Below, in pieces: positions 38,801 to 51,860 of a DNA stretch of 64,000 bases. Numbering within the stretch: position 1 is the stretch's first letter; each line of letters begins with the position of its first letter. The DNA is from Lama guanicoe. Its lineage: Eukaryota. Location: NCBI GenBank assembly GCA_013239625.1, contig MU054187.1, positions 5,279,757 through 5,343,756 on the forward strand. The letters run 5' to 3'. The notes beneath the pieces are model-generated. The model had not been told where the DNA came from and did not search any database. It worked only from the letters and a program-made list of their open reading frames with translations. Made by a program: the position numbers and the translations under genes.

Positions 38801-41800
38801 CAGTCCAGGTCCGGGAGTTCCTGTCTCTGTGTCTCCATCCCTGAAAGACAAGATGGTGGCTCATTTGGGGGGTTACTCAACTCTTCTGCATGGGATCAGA
38901 AAGGCCAAATTTTCTTGCAGCTCTAGAAATCATGCTGATTTCAGATCTAGTGGGGAGACATTGACCTTAGCTGGTCACCAGTTCAGACCTAGTGCCTGTA
39001 CATACAATCCCCGATCTAGAACACATGACTGACACACATGCTGATGAAGGGCTAAGATCCTTTCTACAAATAACGTCCCAGGAAACCTAACATAATGTTG
39101 CACCACCTCCCCTGAAATGGGCAACGAAAACTTCTCACTCACCCCTGTAGAAGGTAAGTGCATCTGATAGTAAGAATGACTTTCTCCTGAGTTTCTGGAT
39201 TGAGGGTCTGTATCGTGAACTTTGAAAATACGACTAATATAAAATACAATACTGGATACGTTTTGGTGTTTGAGATACTTAGTATGTTAAAAAGAAAAAA
39301 AATCATGAAAAAGAATTTAGAACATATATTTCTGAGTCATTTAATACATTTTGGAAGTGAATGCATGTATTCTGAGGCTTTGGATCGGAAAGCCAATGGA
39401 AGTTCTTCTCCAAGGTGAAAAGGACGATGCGAGGAAAAGAACCAGTGGTTCTCTGCATCTGCTGGAGACACAGATCAGAACAAAGGCAAGAGCTGGAGAG
39501 GGTGGTCGGAGTCATGAGAGCCTCTCACACTGGCAGAGTGAAAAAACAGATGGCCATTCATGAATCTGAGGTAACTTTCATTCCATCCAGTCTGCTCTAA
39601 GGAAGTTGACATTGGAACAATAAAAAAACACATCATGTTGGTGGGATTTGAATTGAGTGTGTACATTTCTTAGCATTACTGGCTGCATGGGTACTTTTGT
39701 TGATGAAACGACGTGTTTTATAATATTAAATTATTATTTCTTGCCCCTTGTGCTCATGTTCTGAAGAGTGTTGCAAATTATATTATTTCTTATAGCTGAT
39801 TAACTGCATCGAGTTGATCATGTCCCATTTGTGGGCTAAGATTCTGAAATTCTTTTTAAAGGGTAAGGAAAGATTAATTATTAGCATATTCACTTTTGCT
39901 TATAGATTTTGAATCCAGTGCACCTTTCTAAACAGGCTAAAATGGATGAAAATTAAAGACGAGGCAGAATAGAGCAAAAATAAGAAACCCTGCATTTTTT
40001 TCCCTTATTCTTCCTGTGTTTAAGAGCCCTTTCAGAAAGACCTTGCATGGAACAGAGAAAGAGAAAAGAAAGAACCTATGAAAGATCCAGATGGATTGGA
40101 GAAATTGCTAATAACTCTTAAGAACAGACAGAATTTCTTAAAGTCTCGCTGACATTACAGGGGAGTCCATGTAGGGACATGAACGCCATGGTGCCCACTT
40201 CACATCTTCTCTTCAGAGAAGCTTCGTTTTGCAGAGATGCAGAGCACAGAACCCACAAAACTCTTCCTCCTGACGTTAAATTTACCCCCTGCAATTCTCC
40301 TGTCTTTTACAAAATATACAGTGCATTAAGAATATTATAGGGAAAAAAGTAGGACTAGCAATTTAGCCAGGAAGATCAAATAGGACCATGTACAGACATC
40401 CGGGCAATTGGTCATCTGTGGTTGGAGCCACTAAATGCAGCCCGTGTCAGACAGTAGGCTCTCCAGACATTTCTGGCATCTTTAGAGGCAGGCAGAGCCC
40501 AACACAGACACACCTTCTTAATGTGAAAGCTTCAAAGCTGAGTATAGGATTCACAGCCATCACAGGGGTGTGGCAATTGCTTTGTTTTATTTACCATTTG
40601 CTTTGTTGGCCAGTCTGTTTCAATTCTATTACGTACTGGCCTGACCTGCACAGGCGATTGGATATGACATATTACCTGTTATCACAACGCTTGCTCTTCC
40701 ACAGGGGCGGTCCCTGTCCTCCCAGCACCGCTTTTATCCCGGCACCTTCTCCTTTGCTCTCTCTCCCTGATTTAACCAATAAAAACCTGAGTTGAGATTA
40801 CTCAAGACAAGGAAGTTGCACGCCTCATGTACTTTTCATGCTTTTTACTTCTACCCAAAGTTACTGTTCTTTAAATATTGTTTGCTTCGTTATCTCCATC
40901 TTTTGGATCAGGATGAGGACTTTGACGATCTTGGTCATTTTTGTATCTGTGGAGTCTAGAACTGGCCTTGCCCACAGAAGTTTCAAAAAAGCCTCGTAGC
41001 TGTGGGAGGAAGGAAGGAATGAACAGCCTGGAGACAGGCTGGCTGGCATCCTTGGTTTCTGCGGTATGTAACTCCTTTGCATTGTTAATCCAATTAACTG
41101 TTTTTATTGGAATTAATTGGATGATGATATACTGACTAAAAGAATGAGAAACATGTTCCCCTGAAGTCAATAACTTTCAGTTCTCAAGAAAGTATATGCC
41201 TCTTCTTTATCTTGAGGGACTGTCTCGCGGTATCTCTTGGATCATTTCCAGCGTGTTTTCTGCCATCAAGCACTTTGGATGCAACAAAGGAACAGGCGCT
41301 TTTTAACTTGTTTTTTTCCTGGTGATGTTTTGTTCCTCTGGTAATAGTGCATCAGATTGAAGGGATTGTTGGCATAGAGTGAAACTCAGGCCACAGTTTT
41401 ATTTTTTTTTTTCATTTGTTACATGAAACCCAAGTCCACTTAGAGAACAGTCTTCCTGTGTTTCTCTCATGAGAAAAGCGTGAATCAGTGCAGAATAAAG
41501 AGTTATGAATGTTGACCTTTGAATCTCTCCCCAAAGCTGCATGACTACTGATGGGATGACATGAAAAGTCATTTCACTTATAATGAGATACCAAGTGGGC
41601 CTGTCTTCTTTTAAAACCTGGCATTTAAAAACACATTTACTTCTACTATGTACTGGCCTCACCTGCGCAGGCGATTGGACATGACACATTACCCGAGCAG
41701 ATGTTTTCGAACAACATGCTGGTAGAAGACAAGTTAAGAATAAAGTTTATGGTTTTGCTTCTTCAATCTCAGAATCATACAACTGAGAAAGCTTTTTAAT

Positions 41801-41967
41801 CTGGCAATTTATTACCAATGTTATGTAAACTGCCTATTAACTTTCTGCCTACCGTGCAGCAGAACTCTTTAATGTGAAGAAATGGGGGCACTGATAGATT
41901 ATTATTATTATTTTTTGCATAGGACAGCTTTCTACTTTAGCAGAATCTTTTGCAGTCAATTGGCCTC

Positions 41968-41981
41968 TGACCTTATGACCT
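41968..41981 (-). promoter_or_regulatory. Perfect DR2 nuclear receptor element (AGGTCAtaAGGTCA)
   Basis: + strand TGACCT-TA-TGACCT. Confidence 0.55.
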
Positions 41982-44900
41982 TTTGGGTAAAGAGGCAGGT
42001 TAGCGGAACATTCAGTTAGGGAATTGGGCTCCTTGATACGAAAGGCGGGGGGAGTAGAAGGGGAAGGAATTGGGAAGGGAAGACACGATGACAGGAATTT
42101 TTACAGTTGTATTCTTTTGATTATTCCTAAGTGAGAGAAGAGTAGGGCTTTAAAAAAATAAATTGTCCCAGGGAAACGCTGCATTCATTTTACTGTCATG
42201 ACCTCTACTGCAATTTATATTACCAACTCAAAATAAGCCTGCTTAATATTTCATTAAAATGTATAAAGTCTAAACATACAGTATGATGTTACATAATGCA
42301 TTTGCAAGTTGCGACTCAGATGTGGGCGATTTCTGTATTCATGAAGGAATGACCTTCACACCCCACTGGAAGATCACGAGTTTATGCAATCCGGCGACAT
42401 TTTAATTTTATTTGTGTGCCAGATGAGAATCTGACATTCAGATCATCATCTCTAATAAATCCGTTATCAATCAGAGAGGGCACACAACCGCCTCTGTGTT
42501 CACTAAGTTGCCGGCACAAGCGTTTGCCCCCATGACTTGGCGATGCCATCCCGATCTACGCATTGGCACAAGCATTTGCATTTCTGACATCCGCCTCCCC
42601 TCGTCCACACTGGTGGAATAACAATTTAAAAAATGGAAAAGACATGACGGTCATGCTGTACAATCACCGGGGAATGTTCCTACATGACAAAGGGGTGGAA
42701 ATTAGTTAATTCCATATCCATTGATAAAACACCACCACCACACCGTGCAACCAGAATGTTCAAACAATTTCTGAGTTTCATACAGAGAATTCCTCAAGAT
42801 CAGCAGATGTTTCATTGACACTACGATCTCCCCTCCCCAGCGCTGATACTGTTCTGACATCTTACGGTTTCCAATTCCTAACCAACAGGAGGCAGTGAAG
42901 AAGCAAAACACTTACATGAATCAGTGGCTTTTTTAAGGTTGCAAGACAAAAGGCACTGATTTGGATTCAGAAAATACTTCTTCATAGATTATGGGAAAAA
43001 AGTCACCAATGTTGTCAAGTTGCCTAGAAGGTTTGATGTGGCTCATAGTGGTGCTTAGAGTCTAATATTTAAGAAAAATATTTAAAAAATAATTTTGTAA
43101 ATTAATTTTTATAAGACATAGAAGTTACATATGGTATTATAGTTTCTGATAAGTAACAGTACTTTTCAGAATGACATTTTAATCACAAAATTGTCTATTC
43201 CTTTGTTCAATAAGCTTAGGAGATGCTTGTTTGGCCTTTTGTTTCCCCAAAGAGAATTCAAATGATTCCACACCCACCAATAAAGCACAGTAGAGACTTG
43301 CCACAAGTTAACACATGTCTTTTGTTTTCTATGTTCGTAGCAGAAAGTCAGCAGAAAGGATCAGAGCAAATTCCCAAATTAAAGTTTCCTTCCCTACCAG
43401 TCCGCACTAGGTAATTGTAGCAGATGAAATGTAATTGGAAATTGAGCTAGCAAGTAATTGCACGGTCCCTCCCCCAGTTGTTCTCTGTAGTCTTTTGTTT
43501 TCTGGCATCTCTCAATTAAGATAATGAACAAGATACTTTATATTATTGATAGGAGATGAGCCTTAATACAGTTGATTCTGATTATTACTAGAGAGAAAAA
43601 CATTTCATTCTAATATAGAAAGATCTTTATCTGTATTGTTTTTCCTATTCTCTCATTATATTATATTAGGAACAACCACTACAAATGAACTATATGCATT
43701 TATTCTTTTTACTTATTAAATTGAAAAAGAGGAATTTTATTTGATTATTCAATGACTCTCATCCTATTCCAGTAATTGATATATTTTATTAAGAAAAAAA
43801 GATTCTTTGGTATCCATTGAAGTTTATACCACCATCACAGTATTTATTACCAAGCAAGAATCCTCCAATTATTTCTTTAACAAGTTACTTTATTGTGTGC
43901 ATATGTTCAGTTACCAGATTTTGGTGAAAAATTTTATAGAGCTGTTCTTAAATTGCAGAGCCCTAAACAGCCTCTCCCTGAACCCCCTCAAACTGCCACT
44001 CTCATTTGTTGCATAAACACTTTCATTTACACTTTTAATGCCATCCCATCACTCTTGACATTGCTGCATCCCCTTGCCTCATCACTTCAAACAAGTGTTT
44101 AACTGTTTAATGCAACATCTATAAATTGATTTATGACTGATTTAAAAATATTAATATTGAGATATCTGCATATCTTAGTTGCTAAATGAGATGATAAATA
44201 TAAAGAAATAACACAGAGCCTGACTAGTTGGGGGGGACAATAAACTAGGATCATTCTGATGATGAAACTGGGGGCTATCTCAGCACAATGTCTGCCTAGG
44301 TCTGGCAAGCCTCTCCTATGGATCCTCTTTTGAATTAAGATGATGATAAAGTTATCAAAGCTATCAATGACTTAGATTGGCCTTTAGTCTGCAAGCATGT
44401 TTACAAGTACTCCTTGATCTGATCCCACGACAACCCTGTGAGGTACATGGGAAAAATATTAAAATCCCCTTTTTAGGAAGCTCAGGAGAATTAACAGGCC
44501 CATATTAGTTTGGTCTATAATCTACTTGTCTTGATTAAGCCTTGATGTTTTCAAGAAACAGAAACTGACTCAAAACAGCTTAAATGAAGGAGTGAATGTA
44601 CTGAAGGAAATAAGAGTAGGTGGGAAAAGAAATGGACTCACAGGGGCCAGGCCAGGCTCTCTGGAACCTCGGGGTCTCTTTTCTATATTTAAGTCAGATT
44701 TTCTAACCCTCCGAAGATTTCCCTATGTTTTCCTTTGCATTTTGCCCAAACATGGCCACATGAGCCGCAGTTCTACTACCCCTTCAAGTGTGGCGCCCAC
44801 CAAAGTCTAACCTTGGTCTCTCTGTTCCAATTCATAATTCCCGTACTCAGGATGCCCAGTTCCCACCTCTTCCCTCTTCCTGCTTCCCCATGTGGGGCAG

Positions 44901-45261
44901 GGAGACATCCCAGCTCCCATTGACTGTGGGCAGTGATGCAGGATTTGATGATCTGCTGCCCTTTGGCAGGTTACAGGTACATACTCTTTTGGAAGATAAG
45001 GACAGGTTGGGGGCATGAAACCAGTGAGCTTTTAAGACACTTCTAGAACACCAGATCATATAACTTTGTGCCCAGATTGTCCTGTACAATCCCTAGAGAT
45101 GTTAGAAGTTATAATCTAGCCTTTATAAAGAGAAGGTTATGTATCTTCTTTTGTTGAATAGGTAGTTAGCTTTAACTTCAGTTAAATAGCTTTTTTCTTT
45201 TTATTAAAATGAGACCAAAACTAAATGCAACAAAATACATATAAAATAAATGTAAATATAC

Positions 45262-45309
45262 TATAAATATAAATATAAATATAAATATAAATATAAATAT
45301 ATATATATA
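45262..45309. repeat. (TATAAA)n/(TA)n microsatellite
   Basis: 'tataaatataaatataaatataaatataaatataaatatatatatata'. Confidence 0.92.
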
Positions 45310-45989
45310 TCTTGCCCCTTTACATTTCAATAGGGTTTGGATGCTACGGCTGAGGCTCCCTTCCCTCAAATTCTAAGCAATGACAATCAATGAAAAAGAG
45401 TTTCAAACAAATGGAGAAGCCACAGGAAGCTTAAGCCAAGCAGTCAGCCTACAGTGGCAGCAGCAGGAGCAAGAAGGGATCCGTGAACCCTTCCCTCCAC
45501 AGCCCACAAATTTCATGAGATAAATGGCTTTATCCTTAACTGCCTTAGGAAGTTGTCCTGTTACTGGAAGATGTCTCCATCTGGCAACCTCTTAGTTGGG
45601 AAGAAAGGGTTGGAACCATTCAAGATTTTATTGTTAATTTTATTATTCCTTGTTTATGTAGCCATAGAGAAAGTTTTTTTAAAATCTAGATGATTTGTCC
45701 ATCAATTTGTAATCTCTGTTCACTGACATTATTGTGTTGAAATTAATTTGCTTTATACACGGCTTTTAGAAATTATATACCTGGTTGAGTCTCTCAAATT
45801 AAACTGTAAGCTGTTATCTGTTTAAAACATAGATAGTTCTTCATTGTTACACATCCCACTTGAAAAAACTTTAAACAATCCAAGGTCTTAGCATTGCTTC
45901 CAGCCCTTTGTGACCAACCACCAATTCCTACCACAGTTTACTATGTATCTAAAAGTATCTAAAAGATACTAAAGATTCAAAGGATTTTT

Positions 45990-48157
45990 TTTATAATAAT
46001 GAGAAGGTTCATTCCACTGGGAAGATTTAATAATCATAAAAGTATACCCTAATTTAGCAAGTATTGAAAGTAAAAATTGGCAGAGCTAAAATAAGAAATA
46101 AATTAATCTGAAATAATAGTGGAAGATTATAACTCATCTTCAATAACTGAGAATTGCCTGACAAAAAGTCTGTTAGAAAAAAATTCAGAATATTTGAACA
46201 ACAGAACTACTAGCATTGATGTAAATGATATACATGGAACACTCCATGTAACAACTGCAGAATATGTATTATTTTCAAGCACATGTGGGACATTTACAAA
46301 CACTGACCAAGAGGCAATAAAGCAGATTTCAGCAACCTTTGAAGGATTACAATCATGTGTAGTATGGCACATCAAAACTTTGGGGAAGCAGTTAAAGCTA
46401 TGCTTAGAGGAAAACACATAGTCTTAAGTTCATATATCAGAAAAGAAGATAGGTTGAAAACCAATTTTTTGAGTGTCTAACTGTCAAAGAAGTTAGAAGA
46501 ACAGCAAATTAAGTCTCAATAGAGTTGAAGGAAGGAAATAAAGAAAATTATAGGGCCAAATGTCTTCACTAGAGAATTCTACCAAAGACTTGAGCCTGAC
46601 TTACGAATTCAGTGAAATACCAGTAAATGTTTCAGAAGATATCATAATGGAAATTGGCAAACATTTTCTGGAACTCATATGGAAACTCAAGGGCCAACAA
46701 TGGCTGAGAAATCTCAAAGAAGGGGAACTAAATAGAAATACTTGCTCTAACCAGATTTCAAGACATTCTGAAGCTACCTTAATTAAGAAAATGTGGTGTT
46801 GGCACAACGAAAAACAGAGAGACTAATAGAACAGAATAAGAAGTCTGGATACAGATGCACACATATGCGGTCATTTGGTTTATGATGATGGGGGCACTGC
46901 AGAGGGGGGAGAAGTGGACAGTATTTGAGTGGACGGTGCCAGGGCATCTGGGTCTACCTGTGGAAAAACAAAATCTGGCCTGAAATCACATCATAGGCAA
47001 AAACTGATTTCAGGTGGGTTGATGTCCTAAATATTGAAAGCATAGCAATAAAATTTCTAGAAAATAATGTAAGAGAGTATTTCAAAATTAGGAAGTACTA
47101 AAGTATGTCTTACACAGGACACACAAATTAACTGGCCATAAGGAAAATCAATGATTAAAATCTGCCTTTACTATTAAGATGTTGTATTTATCAAAGCTAT
47201 GGTTACAAGAATGAAAAAGCAAGCCAGAGATATTTGCAATACATAAACCATCAAAAGACTTGTTCCCAAAATATATGCAAAGCTTCTATGACTCAGAAAG
47301 AAAAAAAACTGTATGATTTAAAATAGACTGGAAACTTGTAGAGGCCCTTATGAAATGAAGCTATCCAAAGAGCCAACAAGGATATGAAAAGGTGTTTAAC
47401 CTTAACAGCCATGAGGGAAGATGCAAATTAAAATGCAATGAGACACCACTGCACTTCCATCAGTATGACTAAAATTATAAAGATTGATAATGCCACATGC
47501 TGGTAAGAGTATGGAGTCAACTGCTACTCTCATAAGCAGGTAGAATAAAAATTTTTGTGTAATCCCTTTGTGGAAAGCTGTTAAGCAGTAGCTACCTAAA
47601 TTTGAATATACACATACTCTATAACCCAGCAGTTTTACTTTTAGCTATACCCCCATCTGAAATCCACACATATGTGCACAAAAATGTGTGTAATAATGCC
47701 CATAATAGCCCCAAATTGCAAACATCTCAAATGCCCATCAGCAGAAGAATGGAAAGATAAGTTGTGGATTATTCACACAAGGGGATACTATACAGCCAGG
47801 AAAATGAACAAACTCCTGTTGCACAAAGCAACGTGGATAAATCTCACAAACCTAATGTTGGATGAAAGAAACCAGACATAAAAGAATTCAAACTGTAAGA
47901 TGTCCTTTATAAAACATTTGAACCCAGGTGAAGCCAGTATGTGGTACTAGAAATCAGGAGAGTGAGGAAGTGGGGGTCACAAGGAAGCCTCTGGAGTACT
48001 AGTGATGTGTTATTTCTTGACTCTGGGGTAGTTACAATGGATGGGTTCGTTTTGTGATCATTCATTGTATCACACACAAAAAATTTGTGTCATTTGCTAT
48101 ATATATACTTTAATATGTTCTCTGTATGTCATAGCTCAATAACATATTTTAATGAAA
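45990..48157 (+). mobile_element. Old L1 (L1ME/MB-like): endonuclease region, deleted RT core, ORF2 C-terminus and 3' UTR
   Basis: ORF 46119 (IHGTLHVTTAEYVLFSSTCGTFTNTDQ) is EN-like; 'ggccaaatgtcttcactagagaattctaccaaagact' resembles GPDGFTGEFYQTF; ORF 47672 (IIAPNCKHLKCPSAEEWKDKLWIIHTRGYY) is C-terminal. Confidence 0.85.
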
Positions 48158-50479
48158 AACAGAGAATACAGCTTATTCCTGGATGTCCTTATTTATGTAT
48201 TGACAATGAAACGAGCATATTAGAAAAAGATCAAATTCTTTTATAGGAAATAAATTATCGCAGAATTACCCCTACTTGGCTAAGGATAGAGTATGGCCGA
48301 TTCTACGTGACTACCTCCTTTTATCAATACATTTCAACACGTGGAAATATTTATTTAACCATTTTTAAAAGAGTATTAACAATCCTTTATCACTTGTGCC
48401 CATTAAGGATGTTGGGAATTTTTTAACTTTGCTTTGTAATCATGAGCTCCTGTAGGCTGTGAATGGCTTCCTTGTAACACATTGTGTGTAATGCACTTAT
48501 CTTCATTATTCTCCTACAATTATATGTAAAAATAATCCTTAAAGGAGTCCTGCTCAGTTTAGGCTATGATATTATATTTGATATATTCCAGAGTTAAATG
48601 TTCTGTACTTACATTTAATACACTTTCCTCATAGTTTTGAAATGCCTTTGCTTTTAAATATGGAGAATGAGTTGAAATAGTAACACGAAGTGATCAGAGT
48701 TGTGTTTAGGTCACTTAAAATTCTTTAATAAAAAGTTTTCAATCAACTCAGCCTGTTTTAACCACTCTACAAAATCTACTAGTTGGGTGATTAACTGGAT
48801 TGATGGACTGAATTACAAATTGTCTGTAGTCTTGTAAAGCTATTTTCCATAGTAGAAAAAAGGTGATATATCCAAACTTGTTATCGGATTTATTCTTCTT
48901 TGTTAACTTTTTCTAAGTATAGCACCTTTAAAACATTTGGGATTTCCATCCTAATTCTATGTCTCAAATTAAGAGCATAAAACTATTATATACATTTTCC
49001 TGTAATTCTGGAACAATTCAGGACAAATTGGAAAATGCCTTCATTGTGTTCAGCAGCTGTTAAAACAGAAAAAAGATAAGCAGGTTTTTAACAACACAAT
49101 TCCATAGTGTTATAAAAGTTCCTTTTGGCTAAACCCGTTCTGTTATGAAGTCAGAAACACTTCCTATGCTGGGGAACTCTCACTTCAGAAGGCTATCTGC
49201 CACATTTTAAAATAGATCTTGTTGGATTTTCCATCCCAAACTCTAAATGCAAACAGCTTTCCTTCACTGACCCCAGCTCTACCCCTGGGACCACTTCCTT
49301 CCTTCTCGGTAGTACATCAAGCATGGGAACGTAGCTTCACGTGTCCCTCGGTGTCACTCGGACTCCACGTCCACGGTTCTTCCGTTCTTAGATGTGGATT
49401 TGTTGCCTTCGTAATCTTGCTTGCCTTCGTTTAAAACACAGGTGACCTTCATTTGGTGTCATAGGTGACACTTCTTACAGCTTGATTAGCAACTTTCCTG
49501 GGATCTTTCATAGCCCAAATATCATAAGTAAATCCCCACAGCATCAGTATAAACTCTTACTTACAACTGGGACTGACAACTGAATCTATTGCAAGGAGGG
49601 AACAATGGACCTTGGCTCTGCCATCCCACATGCTGGTTACCCTTTCTCATTCTGTATTGTTTGCAGATGTGATAAACCTCCTTCCCTCCACGATGTTTGA
49701 TGGACGGACCCAGGAACAGCGCTGGTGCTGAGCAATGGGAAACGATTATTGCTCAGCTCTAACTGCAAACATCAAATCATTCCTCCTGCCAAAAAAGCTC
49801 TTAGAGCCACCATGTCCATTACCACAGCATTCTGAGACAGCAGACAGTGGCAAGGACAACACCGAGGATGACAAAACCGGAGCCCTAAACTCGGGTGAGA
49901 TACAGACAAATCGCTGCGCCCTGCGGGGGAGTTCCATTACCCGGTAAAGACTGCAGCCAGCATTTTGTAGAGCATGCTGTACATAAGTAAAGCCTCTGAC
50001 AGAAATCCAGTGATAACGATGCGATTCTAAGGGATGAGAAACGTATTTGTAAGCCTTAAGATCAAGTGATCGTGGTTCTAAAACTACAAAGTGATATCCA
50101 GTGAGATCAGCTTGGAAAAAGTCTTCTGAGACACACGATGTGGCTCTACAGAGTGTCACCGGGGTGCTCGGCTCAGTGGGGGACTGGAGATCACAGGCGG
50201 ACCTAGGACCAACTCCATAGACCTTTTATTTTGTTTTATAACGTGTGGCAAAATCTCTACAGCTCTTCTTAAAAGCATGATCTTCGAAAACATATTTTTG
50301 TGCATAACACTACCTAGTTATTACAACCAAGATCTGGTACCCGAGACTGGGAGAAAGAAGATAAACAGTAAAATGGATTTTTACTAAGGCGAATTTCTGG
50401 CTTAGAATTTTTTCCCCCTGTATTTCACTCCCAGTGAGGTTTTAGTATCTCTTAAATAAACAGATATTTGCTGTGCTGG

Positions 50480-50870
50480 ATTTATTAAATGCCTTTCTCT
50501 GTCCTAAGTGATCACCAATCATCTGATTAACAGTTTATTCTAATTTTCAAGATATCTTTTGAAAATTTTGATGATAAATATCTGGATGTAATCTCTCATC
50601 CCCTTTTTTCAAATTTAAGGGATATTTTCCTATCTTTAGTAGCCTTCTTTTCTTCTCCATGTATTCTGAAAATGACTGTCAGTGATTTTTGTAATCCCGT
50701 CTGAGTTTTTTCTGTTATGTTGGGATGTAATTCTCCTAGATGCTTGAGTTCTTTTAAAGCAAATTGTTAATTTCGTATAGCCTCTTTACAGAATCATTCT
50801 GCTTTGATTTCATTTCTAAATATTCTCACCCAGATTGAACATTTTTCTCCTTGAAACAGAATATAGAAGT
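50480..50870 (-). mobile_element. CR1/L3 LINE relic, pre-RT region of ORF2
   Basis: Reverse strand 'gctttaaaagaactcaagcatctaggagaattacatcccaac...cactgacagtcattttcagaatacatggagaa...tttgaaaaaagggg' resembles KSPGPDELHPRVLKE...PLSVIFEKSWR...PIFKKG. Confidence 0.65.
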
Positions 50871-51714
50871 AAATCAGGCTGTCGAGCAATACTTTTCTTT
50901 TCATCATTCTTACCTAACAATCCCATTTTTTTTTCTTGTTCTGAGTAGAAAAATCAAAGACCTCACTATTTAATTGTTTCCCCAGTTAGATTGTAGGCTC
51001 CTGATAGGCAAGAATATGTATTTGCATGTCTTTTGTTCATTTTTTTTTCACACTGCCCAGTGCTGAGTCTGTAAAAGAGCCTCAGTAGCTACTTAATAGT
51101 TTGTCTTGTCACTCAGAACATTACCAAAGCTGCTGTCTTGGAGATGTTGTGAAAATGTCAGATATCTTTGGCTTGTCATCTCACCATCTGTTTTTCACTT
51201 TCAGACTCTTTTTTGAAACTTTGCCTAGGCACATAGATGATTCACTTTCTTTTCCATAGTGTTGCTGACATTTCCCCAAGTGTTAAACCTCATGCTTGTG
51301 GTTAATCGATTCTTGCATCAGCCCATCATTCCAGCCCTGACGATTCCTGCTGTAAAATCCATGTGTCTTTTGTCAGGGTTATAGACTGTGGTCTTCAGAA
51401 TATTTTAAAAACTTCTGACATTGGCTCATGGCTAGGGGTTAGAATTTGCCCGTTTTTCTATTGCAGTGAAAGGGCCCTCTTCACCAGCCCATTGCCTTTT
51501 ATCTTTCTCTGAGCTAACCAGCTGTCATCAAGTCCTCTTTAATGGTTCAGTCTTTTCCAGGGATTTATGAGACTTACGAGAAAAGTAGACTAATGTTATG
51601 CTGAACCCTCCGAAGGCCAGCATTCTCAACAAGCTTTCATCAACAAGTCATTCATTCTGAACCTTTTGATGAATGGAAAACTCCAGAGAATGTTAACGCC
51701 ATCTGAATGAAATA

Positions 51715-51860
51715 ATTACATGCTGGAGTTGGAAGGAAACTTAGAAATAATCTAGCACCTCCCCTTAATTTTATTTGTGGGAAAAAATGAGACCCAGAGA
51801 GATTAAGTGGTACGCCCAAAGTGGTTTCATAGGTTGCCAAATGAGAATGACAAGCTGACA
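51715..51860 (-). mobile_element. MIR3/MIR relic
   Basis: 'ggagttggaaggaaacttagaaataatctag...gaaaaaatgagacccagagagattaagtggtacgcccaaagt'. Confidence 0.7.

Noticed and set aside
49745-49757. Similarity of 'ttattgctcagc' to the T7 terminator primer (vector contamination)
   Set aside because: Only a 12-nt match, with no flanking vector sequence.
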